The notes below the pieces were generated by a model, which saw only the letters and a list, made by a program, of their open reading frames with translations, ran no database searches and was not told where the DNA came from. The translations under genes and the position numbers were made by a program. Shown in pieces: positions 23,938 through 36,060 of a DNA stretch of 36,784 nucleotides; the stretch's first letter is position 1, and every line of letters begins with the position of its first letter. Source of the stretch: Phoronis australis (lineage: Eukaryota > Animalia > Phoronida); contig NMRA01000968.1 in the NCBI GenBank assembly GCA_002633005.1, positions 1 through 36,784 on the forward strand. Direction: 5' to 3'.

Positions 23938-26029
23938 TTCTGAGTTAAATGCTTAATTAATTAAGATTGAAAAAGACATTGAGTACAGGGCACACAGAGA
24001 CAATACAAGAATGAGAATTGTCATGACACCACTTTTAATGTTGGTCATGTTATAAGGAAGAATCCCATTTCCTTTTAGCACACAAAATTAGTGATTTACA
24101 TCATGTATCTACTCAATATATTAAATTTGGTTTGAATACTAGTAGTAGACTACTACAGCAGGTATGAAAGGTTTGCCCAAGGCCTTAATTGAAGCCTGAC
24201 TCTGCATCAGCCTTTGACTTTCAAACCATAGACTTACCTATTTGTTTACATCTACACTTAAAAAACACAATTCGTTACCAAGAAAACATTCGAGAAATCA
24301 TCACCTAAAATTAGGCAACACCACGTAAATGTATAGATTAAAGTTGCCAACGCTTCTTTAACTTTTGAAAATCAACATTTCAAGCAAGTGTTCCATTTTG
24401 TATTTTTACTGCTATTCTGGCCTGCTTGTGATGTCCCAAACAGTTTTTTTAATTGGGCTTGTTAGAATGCCAGAGACAACATGTTTTTCTAGATATATAC
24501 TTTCATCATCAATGACACAAAAAACATTCCAAAATTGTGTCATTTCTCACCATCGAAAATGTGCAACTTTAAACGAGGGAACGGTTTACATGTGAAGAGT
24601 AAATGGGTTGAATGACTTATGGAAAACATAGAAATTGAACTGTTAAAGCTCCTACAGCTGAGGGTGTAATTAAAAGTCGACTACCTAAAAGGAAAATTAG
24701 CACTAAAATGTTATTTTGACAAGACCTGTATTCCTTAACTTTTTATTAAGCGCGACAGTATAACTGACGACACGTCATCACATGGAGAGAGAAGCATGCT
24801 TACCTGGCTCTAGGCCTCCTTGAAGCTAATGTGCCACTGATTCATTCTCAGCCTACGTGACTGTCACCAAGAAAGCCGGTACCCTATCACTTACTTAATG
24901 ACCTCTGACGAATCTAGGCTACAGGTCAGTGAAACCTCAGGACGCCAGATAGGCATCTCCCTAAGCATGTCAACTGAATGTGTAATCACTTATAGATAAC
25001 GGGAATTACTTTATCAAAGTAACTCAGACATATGATAGCTAACTACTTGATGTCTCAACTGCTTCGTTTGGTATGATACGACCTAACCAAAAGACCAAAG
25101 AATTGTTAAGTCATTGAAAAGCTCGGACAATATATCACTAAAACAACAAATGTGACATGACCTCAAATTAAGACATTTTATGTGATTTCTTAAATGCTTT
25201 CATTTCAAAAGTACGGTGTTCTCGAAATACTGCCAGCATCTGTAATAAATCTATAAGTTACAGGCCAACAGGCCAAAACTGCAACGTAAACTATCTTTCC
25301 GCAATCCTTGCCTCCAATGATTCTGTACAATTATAAGCCAGTCGTATGGTTTACTGTGTGCAATGCGAGTCCTTACGTGTAAAATCACAAATTGTTCTTC
25401 CACGTGCCAATAAAACTAAACTAGACACGCGATCACGACGAATTTCATGACAGGAAATGATCAATATATGTAATGGAGAATAATGAAAGCGATAAAATTA
25501 ATTAAACGTAAATGAATTGTCATGTAAAATCTCACTGGTTCAGGATGAACTTCTCCAGTTGTCGAACACCTGGAACGTCGTCGTGAGAGTCAGAACTGTC
25601 AAGGTTACTCCAGCGCGGTGATTGGATCAATCTATGAACTGTGACCTTTCCGGTCAATGTTTGCATATTTGGGTCACAAAAATAATCTTGGCTTCTAGCT
25701 TAGTATGTTCACTGAGACTATTTTAGATGCCTTATAAATACCCTATTTTTCCTGAATATGAGACAAAATGTTCTACTCGGGCTAAATGATCGCAAAATAC
25801 TGCAATTCTAATGGGGAAAGCCCTTCGACAGAAAACTGATTAAAGTTCGGACATTTCCGTCCTCACATGTCAGTATTAGTTTTTAAGAAGTTAAGGTATT
25901 TACGAGATGCCCCCAACAAATTGCGCTGCATAAAAGCGACCTAAAGAATTCACAATACTTGCTAAAAATACTTTAATTGACGCAAAATCTCTAGATTATG
26001 CAAACTTAAGAGAAATCATGAATGTTTCG

Positions 26030-26108
26030 TGACGTCATGTTCGTAAAACATGGCGGCGCGAATTCTGCACTAGTCACGTGATATCTGCTTTTGTGAGAGA
26101 TTTGTCAG
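26030..26108 (+). promoter_or_regulatory. Putative UBAP2-family promoter and non-coding first exon
   Basis: CRE TGACGTCA (26030-26037), YY1-type AACATGGCGGC (26047-26057) and E-box GTCACGTGA (26073-26081) within about 50 bp; CAG|GTAGT donor at 26108/26109. Confidence 0.6.
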
Positions 26109-27048
26109 GTAGTGGAAATTGTGATAATTATTTCTGTTTTATTTTGGATCCCTTTAGTCTTTTGAGTGAATTATTCAGTTTTAAAAATGAAACAATCTTT
26201 TAAGGTTTACCTTTCATCTAGTTCGATCTCGTGGATCTCCAAATAAATCTTCAATTTGATTTTACTTATATGAGAAAAAAGCAGCATGGCGTCACATGGT
26301 CAACGTCGCAACGGTACTTGTAGATGTCAACAGCTATTTTTAACTTTCGACTTTTTATGGACCATAAAAACAGCACTTTGCTTTTATTATCTTTTCATAG
26401 TCAAAGATTATTTCAGCTTTGCTTTGAAGACTTAGCATGTCGCGAATTCAACTGCCAGCCTTACCCCTTCATTGTGGATTGTGAAAATCATTTTCAGAAC
26501 AGTTGTCAAAACTTCCTCGTTGTTGCCGTTAAAATGTCCTTCAGCCCCATCGTCATAGTACTCTTATGAAACTGCATGAATGTTGGTTTACATCAGTAGC
26601 AGTTGGCTTCTGCACCAAGATGGTTAAGATTGTCTTGCTCGGACAAAATCACCATGTAATGAAACTGTTGAGTATTTCCTGAATTGTTTATAGCCGTTTG
26701 CGTTTGGGTTTTAGGCAATAATAACCCTTGTACTAGAGATCAAGCTTTTACCTGGGATTTATGATATCCATAACTCTCACTCTCAGTATACAGCTGGTCA
26801 AAGTTCCTGAAAAAGTTGAATAGACAGGTCCCTCTTCAAAGTGACTTGTGAACCAGTTTGGAGTGAATAGTGGCTGTCACTGTTATTCTGTGAAACTGGT
26901 TCCGTGCAGCCATTTTGAAGAGGTTCTTGTCTATTTGTCTTTTGCGTGATGTTCCTTGTCTGGTCAGGCATTGATTTCATGTCCATTAAACATTTCTATT
27001 TTGCAGAACTATTGCTGTGTACATTTCCCATTGTATATAGTGTACAGA

Positions 27049-27150
27049 ATGAGTGCGAGCGCAAGGGGCGCTTCTAAAGCCAATAAGGACAAAACTACCA
27101 AAACACAGACCACACAGAGTAAAGCCGATGGACCTCCAAATAAACTTCAG
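27049..27150 (+). CDS. UBAP2: UBAP2-family coding exon 1 (MSASARGASKANKDKTTKTQTTQSKADGPPNKLQ)
   Basis: ATG at 27049 after candidate acceptors (27006, 27040, 27047); CAG|GTATAT donor; phase 0 fits the next exon. Confidence 0.75.
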
Positions 27151-30100
27151 GTATATACATGTTGGTGCGCTTGATTCATTGTCTAATATGATCTTAAGCA
27201 GATGTGCTTTTTCGCTTCTCTTGGAGTCTGGTGGCAATATGTTCGACTGTGTCTCAGTTGTGGACTATCCTCCTGAAAGATACTCTGACTTATAGCTGGC
27301 CATTCAGAAGTGGAAAATAACGTCAGAAGACCAACCAATGCTGAAAATCGTGCTACGATTAACATAAACTTCCATCCGGGTGGCCTAGTTGAATGAGTCA
27401 TTAAGTTCCTACACCAGGTTTCTCTTTCACTTGACGGAAGGTGCCTTTTTCAGGTGCCTTAGGGAAACCCTACCTCACTGTGGTCACCATCATTTTGATA
27501 TACTGTATGTTAAAAGTGATTCTCAATCTGAAAAGAATTTTTAATTCATTGAGAATGGAATTTTAGGTCTAGTGAGAAAATTTCGTTTGATTTTGAATTT
27601 TTATTCAGAGGGGAATATAGCCGATAATCACCTACAAAATCTGGGGTCCTGCATGCTCATATTTATCAAACTCATAAATTCATGTAGGGATAATCCTGGA
27701 CTGTGTTATTAGCTCATAAAAATTAAAAAGGGCACAGGTACATTACAGCAGTACACCCCCGGGCACATCTTCTAAAACGCAACACTCTTGGTTCTTGTCA
27801 ACTTACAGCCAGTCGAGTAAAACTTGACTCTGTTCTGCCTTTGTTGCCACTTTAATTACACAAGTCTGCTGGGCACAACTTTTTGAAAAAGGCACACTCT
27901 TTATCATCAGGTGGGCTCAAAGGGCAAGAGTTCTAACCTGGTCAGGAATATCCCTGTTCATGTGAAAACTGTTTGTCAAAATTTTGAAACTTGGATAAAA
28001 GTTCTAAATCCTGTATGTTGTGTTGCATTTTCCAACATTGCTGCTATGGGAACAAAGTCTGTGAAGTGTTAGAAATTACACCAACCCTGTTATAAGTGCT
28101 CATAACACGTCTGTGTGGAGGCACTGAAAATTTAGCTCCATGAATTGAATCCAGAATGCCTTTTTAACATAAACGTCAGTGAAACTGGTGCTAGTGGAAT
28201 ATGCATAAGTTGGGTGTCCGTTTAACATTGTCATGGTTCAGTGATATTGACTATCATGCATTCGGCCCTTCAGAGATGTCAAAAATTGCCTTAATTTGAT
28301 GAAAGCTCACTTTCGGGTAGTATGCAACTGATGCGAGTTCAGCTATACCAAAATTGCCGTCTCGAATATATTCTCAATGCAGCAGAAATGACAACTTATG
28401 ATTGGTTTAGTCGACTGCATCTGGAAGGCATAGATGAAGGGTCTGGGCTTGACTGCCAGCTTTGGTCAGTTATTGCTTTCTCGCTTTGGAAGCTCTGTAG
28501 ACCTAGGGCCTTTTTTTGGCATTGTGTATTTGCTTTCGTCTTTTGGCTTTCAGCTGACAACAGTCTATTAATGGTTCAGCGTGTTTTTGGAAATTGGTTC
28601 TGGCTAAAAGTGAGAAAATCCGTAACTCTTAAGTCAGAAATCAGTAGTCTACTTGACTAGATAAAAGACGAAACGTATCTAAAATAACAAAAGACTGTAA
28701 TTCATTTTCTTTTCATTCATGTCCAGTCCAGATTTCTAATTTTTGGCTGGAGGCAAAATTAAAAGCCGATAGCCTCTTCGATGATTTTAGTATGATTCTA
28801 GTGCTCATTGTTCATGGTGTCCATTGTGTTTTAGGCCTCCTCGGAACAACTGCGAATTGCCCAGTTGGCCTTAGTGGGCTCAAAAGACGAGGAGCAAAAA
28901 ATCGGTCAGGTAATCTTGCTGGTTTTTGTAATTCGACTTTGAGAAGCACCGCCTCTATTTCTGTTAGAGACGCAACCCTTTGATTTGGTTCTTTAGTGTG
29001 GCAATTTAGTTGTATTAAATACATCTGATAGCAGGATGGACTGAATGGAGTTCATCGGTTGCTGCAACGAGATAATCTGCCACTGCAAACTTAATTAATT
29101 ACAGCCTGAAATTTGCAAGATTTAATTAAATATTTACATTGAATCAAATGGATCATGCTCTGCTATTAACGGGTTATTCTTTTTTACTAATTTTTACTAA
29201 AAAGGACATGATCACTTGACCTAATTCATGGTAGATTGAAAGAAGATCAAAAATCTAACTGTAGTGGCAGGCTTTCTACTCTCAGAAACTTTGTAGTTTC
29301 ACTAAATTGAGGTATTCCGTTTTGTAGTTATTTGGCTGAAGTTTTACGCATACTTTTCAATAAGGTCCTCCGTAACCTTAGTGCATAACCTTAATGCAAC
29401 CCCGCTCTTCAGTGCTGCTCATGTTGATTAGTGCCCCTAATGTGCATAGTGCATTTGTGTCTGGTCAGTATTTATGCACTGTTTGTTCACAGGTGATGGA
29501 ATTGACCGGTCGGACTCAGGAAGATGCTGCGCTAGCCTTACACGACTGCGGCAATGACCTACAGAAGGCCATCAACATGCTATTGGAGGGGAACTCGAAC
29601 GAGGTATGTCCAATGGCCACCAAGGCCCTAAAAGATATCTACAGCAGCTTTATGTCTTTCTCTTTGGCTCAAAGAATGGTTCAGTAGACCTTTTGTTTCT
29701 GTGTTCTTCCACACGTAGTATGATGCTACACAGATTTTGACGGATTCGCTGACCCTTGTGTCTTTTTCTGTGAGATTTTTCCTGGTCCATCTGTTTTCTT
29801 TCGAAAGTTCAGTGCAATCAACAGTACTAGTCACTTTATTAATGCCAACCAGTGCCTTCAGTAAGAATATAATGCAGCTGTTAAGACAGGAACAGAGGTT
29901 GGACTGAATAATCAGCCACGCGTCAGTTCCTTTTTTTCTTGTCTTAGATTGCACGTCTTTCTAGTTGTTGATGTTCTGGTTTCTGTTCACTTTTCACTGT
30001 GTATACAGTGGGCATAAACCTGCATCCCTTCCAATGAGCGAACATTCAATCTAAATGGCCGGACAAGACAACACCAGATCTGGTAATAAATTTATGGTTC

Positions 30101-33100
30101 CCTTGCAGTAAATAAGCATGGTTGCAGCTTTCCATCAACTGGTGGGACTTGTACGGCTATTGATAGCTTTTAAATCAAAGAGTAGGCTCTGTGCTCTTAT
30201 ATAGACACATTAGGGTCAGTTACGGTATCTCTCACCAGTACGAAAATTACCAGGTCATCAGTCGTGTCCTGGCTGAAATTCCAAAATGCAACTGGAACAC
30301 ACAGGTCCCAGTTCGCAATGAAAAATACTGTTGTGTGTTATTGGGTGCTGGGGCATGGCTCAATGGAGTTGGAATGCCCAAATCCCACTCGTGCATCTAA
30401 CGAGAGTGGCTGAAATTCTCAGCTGCAATTTCAAATTTCAGGTTGCAAATGCGATCTGCAACTCATTATGTCGTGACCTGTTTTGACAGACTTAAAGAAA
30501 CGTCTTGCCAGAATTATGTATCAGTTTGGATAATTTTTTATTGCAGTCAAATAGTGTTTTTGTCAACCTTTGTCAGAGTTAAATATGATATTGTTGCATC
30601 AAGCTGCTAATTTTATGAATGGACTTGCGCAGAAAGTTGTCGCGACTTCGACTACATGAGCAACAGGTTCTGATGAGATTTGGTCATATTTGAAATGGAT
30701 GTTTACTGTTTTTCTGTGCTGAAACGAGATTTGACGTTCCCCAGTTTATTTATCAGTAGGAAAAATATGCTTTGCCCCTCGATTGTTGTTTTGAATTTAT
30801 ATATTCCAGGTCCACTATTAGGCTGTATACGTTATTTCTCAGAATAACGAGGATGCGCTCCTCGAACTGCCGTGATTAATGATATCAAGAGAGTACAATC
30901 TCTCTTGTGTGGCTACAAGATAAGAAAAATGTGCGGTTTACCTTAGTATTTCATCGGAACTAAATATCGTAGTCAGGGATCATGCAGTTTACTTGTGCGT
31001 TTTGTAACGAGACGAGAAAACGCTGGGACAGTTTCCTTGCCGTGATATTACAGGTTTGAGTTTAGACGGGATGTCTTCTTTCACTAGGGATTGTCGCGCT
31101 GGCCATAGATTTTTGTCCACCGATATTTTTTCATGCGAGCCAGAAAACTGCTGCTGGAAAATGCTTGTGGAATTCAGGCTTTAAGGTATAGTGTTTTTCC
31201 AGGGTGAGTGGGAGGAGTCAGCAGCAAGTAAGAAGAAGAAACGACAACAGCAGAATGCGGCACTGAAACCACCAGAGGAGGCTGAGACCAATCACAAACC
31301 TCACAGGTCAGAGCGCAGCGATCGGCCGCCGCGCTTGGAGTCCAACAGAGACAGGTCAGAGAGCGGGCAGAGGCCCCCGCGCAACGCTCCTCCCCGTATG
31401 GCCAACAGAGGAATGTCACGGGGTCGAGACATGAACAGAGGGGACCGCCCTGACCGAGAATGTGAGTAATTTATGAGACCATTTATGGCTGGAGAATTTA
31501 TAGAGTTGAATATGTTATTCACTGTTTGGTTTATACCTTAGGACTTTTGCGTTGAATGTTGCGTTATCCACGATACACCTTGGTGCTAATTGCCCATAGA
31601 GGGAGTTACATAATTCCCTGAGGACTGGGATTCGAGGTAGAGAAACAATTCGGTCACTTGCTATAACTCAAACTGCAGTGATTGCTATTGAAATTACAAT
31701 CGCTGTGAAACTGAAGTAGGTTGAAAATTGTCAAATGTATACAAGACCGAGTTTTGTGGAGAAAACTGTCCACTGCAAATCACTGAACCATGTCCAGTTA
31801 GCATTGTGACGTGGTGTCAGGGAATAACCCTGCATGTTGCGGGCTGTTTCACCCCACCAGGTATGTCATCGGTGCAAAGGTCACCTATTAGCAGTTTTTT
31901 TGTTTTCACATGTACAAGTTGTGAATGCATGCAACTGCACTTTGTTCAGCATAGATTATGTTAAAATAGCATTGTCATTCAGTTCCTGCTATACATTAGC
32001 AAATACATCTTTAAGAGTCAAATCCTGGCCTTGTTCACATTTGATTTTGTGTCAGTGCTATTTTTTTCCTTAGAGGCCACATATTCAGTGCCAATTGAAC
32101 AAACGTTGGGATCCTGTGACATTCTGCAACTAATCTATTTTTTTCTACATTTGGCACGTATACAATGCCAAAGGAGCTAACTCGCATCTCCCAATAATGG
32201 AAATCACACAGAGACGAAATAGCTCAAGGCTTTTTATGTTAGCTAAAACTAGTTGTTGAATACATCACCAACATTAGACAGTTTAGACTTCATCATTCTT
32301 GCGCATCAATCCATCAAGTCCCTCGACCAGCAGTGGCTAGGAAATTCACGTTTGCAAGCCATTGAAAACGGCTGATTAGTCAGAGAAGACTTTGGTGTTG
32401 GACTGTAGTCACATCACGTGACCATTGCACTTAACTGTATGACGACAGTGCTCTTGATGTGGCTATGACATTTCTTAATGCAACCACGAGATTTGTTAAT
32501 CCGACCTCTGACTGTTTTGTACTTGATATTTGGTTGGCACTTGCCTTTGTTTGTTACTAGGATTGAGGTGCATTGCATGCCATGGCCAATGCTTGGGTCT
32601 AAACAATCTGTGCAAACCAACTGATAAAACAGTTCACTTAAATCCATTGCACCTTGAGTGCATTTTGAAATTATTTTTTTAATTATTTTATCGGTGAATT
32701 TTTTGAAATTTTATTATGATAACGCACGATTACAAAAGAACAAAAAAGCTTTCACACACACATGAACACGTCAAATTTTTACACTGTCCCAATTAGACTC
32801 TGGTGACAGTTACCATGCAGCTTTGTGTGGACAGACTACTGCATTAAGGAGCAGTTGAAACAGTGGAAGGCTGGACATCACTGCTGAGTTGCTTTAATGA
32901 TGATAGTGAGTGTAACTGAAACTAATCGCTACTGCGGCGACACATTTTGTTGTAGGGAGAGGAAAGGAATCTGAAGAAAATGAGAGGAACCGGGAAGACA
33001 GTGCTAGGAGAGGTCGGGGCCGGGGTCGCGGTCGGGGCGGAGGTCGAAGGTGAGCTGCGTTATAAGTAGTGTGGCTGGCATGACTGGAGTTGCGTGATGA

Positions 33101-34738
33101 AATCTAAATAGAATCAGTCCCATGACAGCTTTAAATATTTATATGCGGCACATAGGCATCTATTAATGAGTTGACGCTATCCTCTCGTTTTCAGATGGAT
33201 TCGAGGCATTTTGTGCCATCTAGTGGCCATTTTTACTGTTTTCAAGTCGTTTTTTTGGCGTCCGCCCCTCTAACAACCAAACCACTTTAAGGATGATTCT
33301 GAAAGTGGCATGTATGTTCTTACTATGAGGAAGACATTTGACGATGACTTTCCGACGACTTCAACTACTGTGGCGCCTCCTAGTGGCAGTTTTGTTTGTT
33401 TTTGTGCCCATGGATGTATCTCCAAAATGTTCTACAGGATCTTTATTAAATTTAGCAAATGTATTTATATGAAGTTGACAACAGACGACGACTTTCGGAC
33501 AGATCGGTGTAACTGGTGTGCCCCCTAGTGACAATTTTAGTTTTTTACGTTTACCTCCGTATCTTCAAAGTTCCTTAACAGATTTCCATAAAATTTGGCA
33601 CAGATATCTATAAGTGAGATGACGCTATCCTCTTGTTTTTGGATGGATTCGTAGTTTGCGCCACCTGGTGGCCATTTTTGTTGTTTTCGAGTCTGCTTTT
33701 TGGCATTGTCCCTCTGTCAACCAAACCACTCTTAGGATGATTGTGAAAGTTGGCATGTATGCTCTTTCTATGAAGGGGATGGTTGACGATGATTTTCCAA
33801 CGACTTCAAGTACTGTGCCGCCTCCTAGTGGTGGTTTTGCTTTTTTGCACCCATACCTGTATCTCCTAAGCCCTTTGCAGGATTTTATTACATTTAGCAC
33901 GTGTATTTATATGAAGTTAACAAGAGAAAAAGACGACTTTTAGACATATCCGATGAACACTGTCCCCCTAGTGGCAATTTCATTTTGTTTTTTTTTTTCG
34001 TTTTCCTCTGTTTCTATGAATTTCCTCGACGAATATTAATGAAATTTGGTAAATGGCTTTCTTTTAAAGATACGGCATTTTCTGGTTTTCAGACGGATTC
34101 GATGTATTTTGCGCCCGCTAGTGTGCATTTCGATGATTCAAACAAACAACCCTAAAAGCACACCATCTGCGATGCATTCGTGGGCGCATTTCAACACTCC
34201 GCGTTGTTCTTGTCTGAATTGAAGTTAATGCTGCAATCTAGCTTTCTCATGGTTTTCTGGGTACAGAATTTTTATTTTCTACCTCGTTTGATTCGCTTAG
34301 TCATTGAATTCGAAATGTCATCTAAAGACAATTTCCGTCATTACAGGGGAGGTGGTTTTGGTCGTCCTAACAGGTTTAACCAAGACAATGGCCCACAAAT
34401 AGACACATGGTCCAATGATGTTGCTGACCAGGATGGAGGTAGGTTACCCTTATTCATCGTGTTTTTGGTTGTGTAGACAGTTATTTGAAAGTTCTATTTG
34501 TGTTCTCGTCAAGGCTCTCTTTTACCATAGGATACCTCTGTAGCAGCTGCAAGCAATGTGACCCTTTAATGCAGTTTATCAGGTGTTTATTGACATTATG
34601 AAAGCAATATGCTGTTAGGCCATTCTTTCGCTGACGTCACCTGTGGGCTTCTGTTGCACACTGCTGTCACCGCACTTTTGGTTCATTTCAGGTAAAACAG
34701 AAGGTGAAGATTGGAGTGTCGAGGAATGGACAGGCAGT
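27049..34738 (+). CDS. UBAP2: Ubiquitin-associated protein 2 / UBAP2L / lingerer family, 5' part (7 coding exons, 260 codons; 3' end outside window)
   Basis: join(27049-27150,28835-28909,29493-29603,31203-31461,32956-33049,34347-34438,34692-34738) reads through with compatible phases 0,0,0,1,2,1,0. It gives EQLRIAQ, a UBA-like domain (ALHDCGNDLQKAINMLLEG), WEE..KKKK, an RG/RGG tract and EDWSVEEWTGS, in the order typical of this family. Confidence 0.9.
27770..27956 (+). repeat. Dispersed repeat; uninterrupted paralog of the sequence flanking the 14162-15433 HINE
   Basis: 27864-27887 matches 14139-14162, and 27886-27956 matches 15431-15500. Confidence 0.75.
28835..28909 (+). CDS. UBAP2: UBAP2-family exon 2 (ASSEQLRIAQLALVGSKDEEQKIGQ); this frame is missing from the ORF track
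   Basis: Manual translation; ttttag acceptor, CAG|GTAATC donor; resembles the family ATAEQIRLAQ motif. Confidence 0.88.
29493..29603 (+). CDS. UBAP2: UBAP2-family exon 3, UBA-like domain (VMELTGRTQEDAALALHDCGNDLQKAINMLLEGNSNE)
   Basis: ttcacag acceptor, GAG|GTATGT donor. Confidence 0.93.
31203..31461 (+). CDS. UBAP2: UBAP2-family exon 4 (GEWEESAASKKKKR...RGDRPDRE)
   Basis: tttttccag acceptor, T|GTGAGT donor (phase 1); GC-rich relative to flanks. Confidence 0.9.
31720..31980 (+). repeat. Old dispersed repeat, copy 2 of 3
   Basis: gtgcaaaggtcac, ctgcactttgtt and ttatgttaaaatagcattgtc are shared with 35716-36060. Confidence 0.7.
32956..33049 (+). CDS. UBAP2: UBAP2-family exon 5, RG/RGG box (WRGKESEENERNREDSARRGRGRGRGRGGGR)
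   Basis: Manual translation; ttgtag acceptor, AG|GTGAGC donor, phase 1/2. Confidence 0.9.
33165..34213 (+). mobile_element. HINE family A, 5'-truncated copy with about 7 core repeats of ~150 bp
   Basis: 33512-33578 is the near-identical reverse complement of 15145-15211. The end GTGGGCGCATTTCAACACTCCGCGTTGTTCTTGT (34180-34213) matches the reverse complement of 14162-14195. Confidence 0.8.
34347..34438 (+). CDS. UBAP2: UBAP2-family exon 6 (RGGGFGRPNRFNQDNGPQIDTWSNDVADQDG)
   Basis: ttacag acceptor, G|GTAGGT donor, phase 2/1. Confidence 0.85.
34692..34738 (+). CDS. UBAP2: UBAP2-family exon 7 (GKTEGEDWSVEEWTGS)
   Basis: atttcag acceptor, AGT|GTGAGT donor, phase 1/0; resembles the lingerer EDW..EEYTGS motif. 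Confidence 0.85.
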
Positions 34739-34758
34739 GTGAGTATACCTCTGTGTGT

Positions 34759-35235
34759 CAGGGCTTGGAATTTTCCGCGGAAATGCGGATTTCCGCTTTT
34801 TTCAAATGTTTTGTCTGCGTATGTGATATAAAATTTTCGCGGCAAATTTCTTTCTTACCGCGGCGTTGCCGACGACTTTCACCTCAAAAAGCAAAAGTTG
34901 TTCTTTATGTTTCGGAGGAACGTAAATTGTCATCATTGCCGAGGCACCTGGGATAACGTGGTTTTCTTCAATGGCGTCTCGTGAGATTGTAAGTCGTGGT
35001 GACAAATACTACAACTCTGCAGCCAAAAATGTGTGGAGGTGTTAGTGGACGGACGAACTAAAAAGACGCAGACGCACGCTTCTGGAGGTGGTACCTTTTT
35101 TTAGTCCTCCGATGTTTTGTCGACAAAAGTTCCACATCGACAAAAATTCGAGCCCCCCATTTTCAAGGCTGGATGCGCGCATGTTTAGGGCCGTAAAATT
35201 TTCCGCTTTTTTGTCATGGGTCATTCAAAGCCCTG
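34759..35235. mobile_element. hAT-type MITE, 477 bp
   Basis: TIRs CAGGGCTTGGAAT / ATTCAAAGCCCTG (12/13); degenerate 8-bp TSD ctgtgtgt / ttgtgtat (6/8); repeated subterminal TTCCGC motifs. Confidence 0.75.
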
Positions 35236-35715
35236 TTGTGTATGTCACTGATTAGAGTGACTTTTCTTAAAGCTTGTTTAGGACCTTATTGACATGTCTG
35301 CATAGTTAGCCAAGTATGACCCACAATAGATTTTAATTCAGTAAGAGTATGCACTTTCTGAGAGCTGAAGCCTGTAGCATTTGATATCTTGTGACGTTTT
35401 ACCAATTTGTCTTTGATTGGGTCATGTGACCACCGTTTAGTAAAATTTTGCAAAAATAAGATATACATTGACATCAAATCAGTGGTATCAATAACAGGTT
35501 GTTAGTTGTAAATGTTCAAGGTGATTTTTCTAAATGTTCCATTTAAATCATTCAAATCCAGTTGTTTGATAACCCATCATGTGAAAGAGGATCCTTTCAA
35601 AAACGTACCTTGACAGCATTTTGGAGAACGACGCATAAAGCCATTTTTGAGATGTGATGTTCCCAAATGTGATTTGACCTGATTTCTACGGACCTACGTA
35701 ACCTTACAATATTCT

Positions 35716-36060
35716 TTAAAGCGGAAATTGCTAATTTGTGATTGCTTGGCCAAACTAGTTAGAAATGCAAGATGTAGCGACGATGTGTATGTCAAGGAGG
35801 TTGAAAATTTCCAAATGTTTTCAAGAACGTCGAGTTATGTGGCAAGAATAATCTGCTGCCGCCAGTCACTGAACTATGTCCAGTATCGTGACGTGGTGCT
35901 GGGGAATAACACTGCATGGTGCAGGCTATGTGAGCCTGCAGGGTATGCCATTAGTGCAAAGGTCACGTTTTGCAGCATTTTTGTTTTCTTGTTGCCAGTT
36001 AGCAATGAATTCAGCTGCACTTTGTTTAGTTTAGGTTATGTTAAAATAGCATTGTCGTTA
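35716..36060 (+). repeat. Old dispersed repeat, copy 3 of 3
   Basis: Same collinear blocks as copies 1 and 2. Confidence 0.7.

Noticed and set aside
30886-30907. CAAGAGAG-tacaat-CTCTCTTG hairpin
   Set aside because: An 8-bp stem can arise by chance in a window this size; no supporting context.
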